Source: Chlorokybus atmophyticus
Lineage: Eukaryota; Plantae; Mesostigma and Chlorokybus algae
Reading direction: 5' to 3'
DNA: 64,000 nt
Assembly (NCBI GenBank): GCA_009103225.1
Contig: RHPI01002990.1
Coordinates: 762,767 to 826,766, forward strand
Part shown: positions 62,606-64,000 of the stretch, piece after piece
Layout: each line of letters starts with the position of its first letter
Position numbering within the stretch: position 1 is the first letter of the stretch
The notes under the pieces: model-generated
Told to the model about the DNA's origin: nothing
Seen by the model: the letters and a program-made list of their open reading frames with translations, nothing else
Database searches by the model: none
Position numbers and translations under genes: made by a program

Positions 62606-64000
62606 TCAGCTGCTATCCGGGTTAGCAACCACTGTACTGTGGACTTGATTCAAACTGCTTGGTGCAGGGTCAATTTCAGCCATCTGTGCCAGTAATCTTG
62701 ATTCAGCATCATCATCTGACTCATCATCATCACCAGGGTTGCTGCTCTCTGCTGGCCTTGGGAAGAACTCAGCACCTGGAAAGGCACGCGCAAACAACTG
62801 CTCCACGCGTTTCACCACGTCACACAAACCCACAACTTGATCGGGCAGCTCTGTCGCAAACAGATTCGCCGGCAGTGCATCGGAATCTCGCAGATTGGGC
62901 AAAGCCTGATTGTAGAAAGCACTCCACAACAGCCTTGGCTTGCTCCCTTCTGGCGTGGATCCATCAGTCTCAAACAATGCATCAACCGCTGGTTGGAGGT
63001 CATCTCTAGCACTAGTGCTTGTGTCCGTGTCGCTGGCACGAACAGAGAGGTGCGCAATGTACTTGCCGGGTGGGCACACGGCGCAAGCTTCTCCCAGTTG
63101 GCTGGCACGTATTGCATATGAGTTGTTGTGTGGCAACGAATGCGGCGGAAAAACCATCAAGATGGTCGACTGCCCAACCGTAACCGAGCCATCGCCAATA
63201 CAAATGCAGTGTGATACTCGCTGCGTTGCTTGTAGGGTTGTTTGCGCTCGCGTAGAGAACCCTCGGAGATAAGTTTCATTTGCAATGACTGTGTCAGCGT
63301 GGAGTAGCTGACCGCTGGAAGTCAATACCCCGCGACAGGCGCCACTCTCCTTGTCAACCAGGATGGCATCAACTTGCCGCCGCAACACGTAAAGGGCTCC
63401 ATGCACGGCTGCGACTCTGCAAAAAGCCTACAGCAACAATTGTCATGACTAAAGCTGTGGAATGTTGCACAATAGTGTGCAGGTAGATTGCAAGCTACGG
63501 CAATTTACCTGTGGCATCTCACTTAAGCCATAAAACGGAACCAGCCAGGCTCCTTCTGCACCGAACCGTCCAATAGACTGCAAGTAGACACCAAGCTTTC
63601 TAAGCCCGTCCTCTGCACTGATATCGCCGCCACCTTGCTGTTCCAACATACATATGGCATGCAGCACAAACGCCTGAACGGATGCTGGAAGATTGTGCCG
63701 AGTCAGGTATGCGCTGAAGGAGCCTTGCAGGGCAGGCTCACTGGTGCTAGCACTGGCGCCAGTATCGGCTCTAGTGCTTGCATCTGCTAGGTCAATACCA
63801 ACAGGTCAGCCAACAGTTGCTATAATGGTACGTACAGCGTAAGTGAGTATGAGTGTGATGCAAACGATTGTGGCAAGTCCCACGTAATGCGCCTGCACCT
63901 GAAGCTGCAACAGTTTCGGCATGTTGAGCACTAGTTTTGAGAAACCGCATGAGGTGGCGCTTCTCCACTGCACTCAATGAGCGATCTTTGAAAACATCCG
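62606..64000 (-). CDS. REP: Rab escort protein (REP/CHM, GDI superfamily); C-terminal part, continues beyond the right edge
   Basis: LSAVEKRHLMRFLK, GLRKLGVYLQSIGRFG..WLVPFYGLSEMPQ/AFCRVAAVHGALYVLRR, GVLTSSGQLL, VCPPGKYIAHLS, LLWSAFYNQ, FARAFPGAEFFP; the longer acidic C-terminus is REP-like rather than GDI-like. Confidence 0.93.

Overview
Intron-rich eukaryotic nuclear DNA of about 50% GC, with short GT-AG introns and many head-to-head gene pairs. The gene set (plant-type C2-PLD, SAL1 with an N-terminal extension, organellar RecX, DTC, plant-type SYF2) suggests a green alga of the streptophyte lineage, possibly an early-diverging one; this is inference and the species cannot be fixed from the sequence. 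I can splice together about 17 protein-coding genes: phospholipase D (runs off the left end), SAL1, RecX, an F-box/LRR protein, an RCC1-repeat protein, a calcineurin-B-like EF-hand protein, an orphan gene, DTC, a conserved green-lineage protein, a rhodanese, an HNH-type protein, a conserved plastid-type protein, a DnaJ-type Zn-finger/Trp-rich domain protein, SYF2, two paralogous 4-TM proteins and Rab escort protein (runs off the right end). Two AT-richer gene-poor stretches (about 24-29 kb and 56.7-62 kb) hold long hairpins and two Tc1/mariner-type MITEs. The assembly is a draft: one 421-nt N gap, several single-n junctions and probably inflated poly-C and (TC)n runs. I found no tRNA, rRNA, snRNA or CRISPR array. 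Best leads: (1) a convergent pair of anciently duplicated MARVEL/CASP-like 4-TM genes that share intron positions; (2) short exact copies of distant sequence beside n junctions, which look like gene-fragment capture but fit mate-pair chimeras better; (3) a Trp-rich domain inserted inside a DnaJ-type Zn finger; (4) a canonical-looking calcineurin B. Family names come from remembered motifs, not from database searches.
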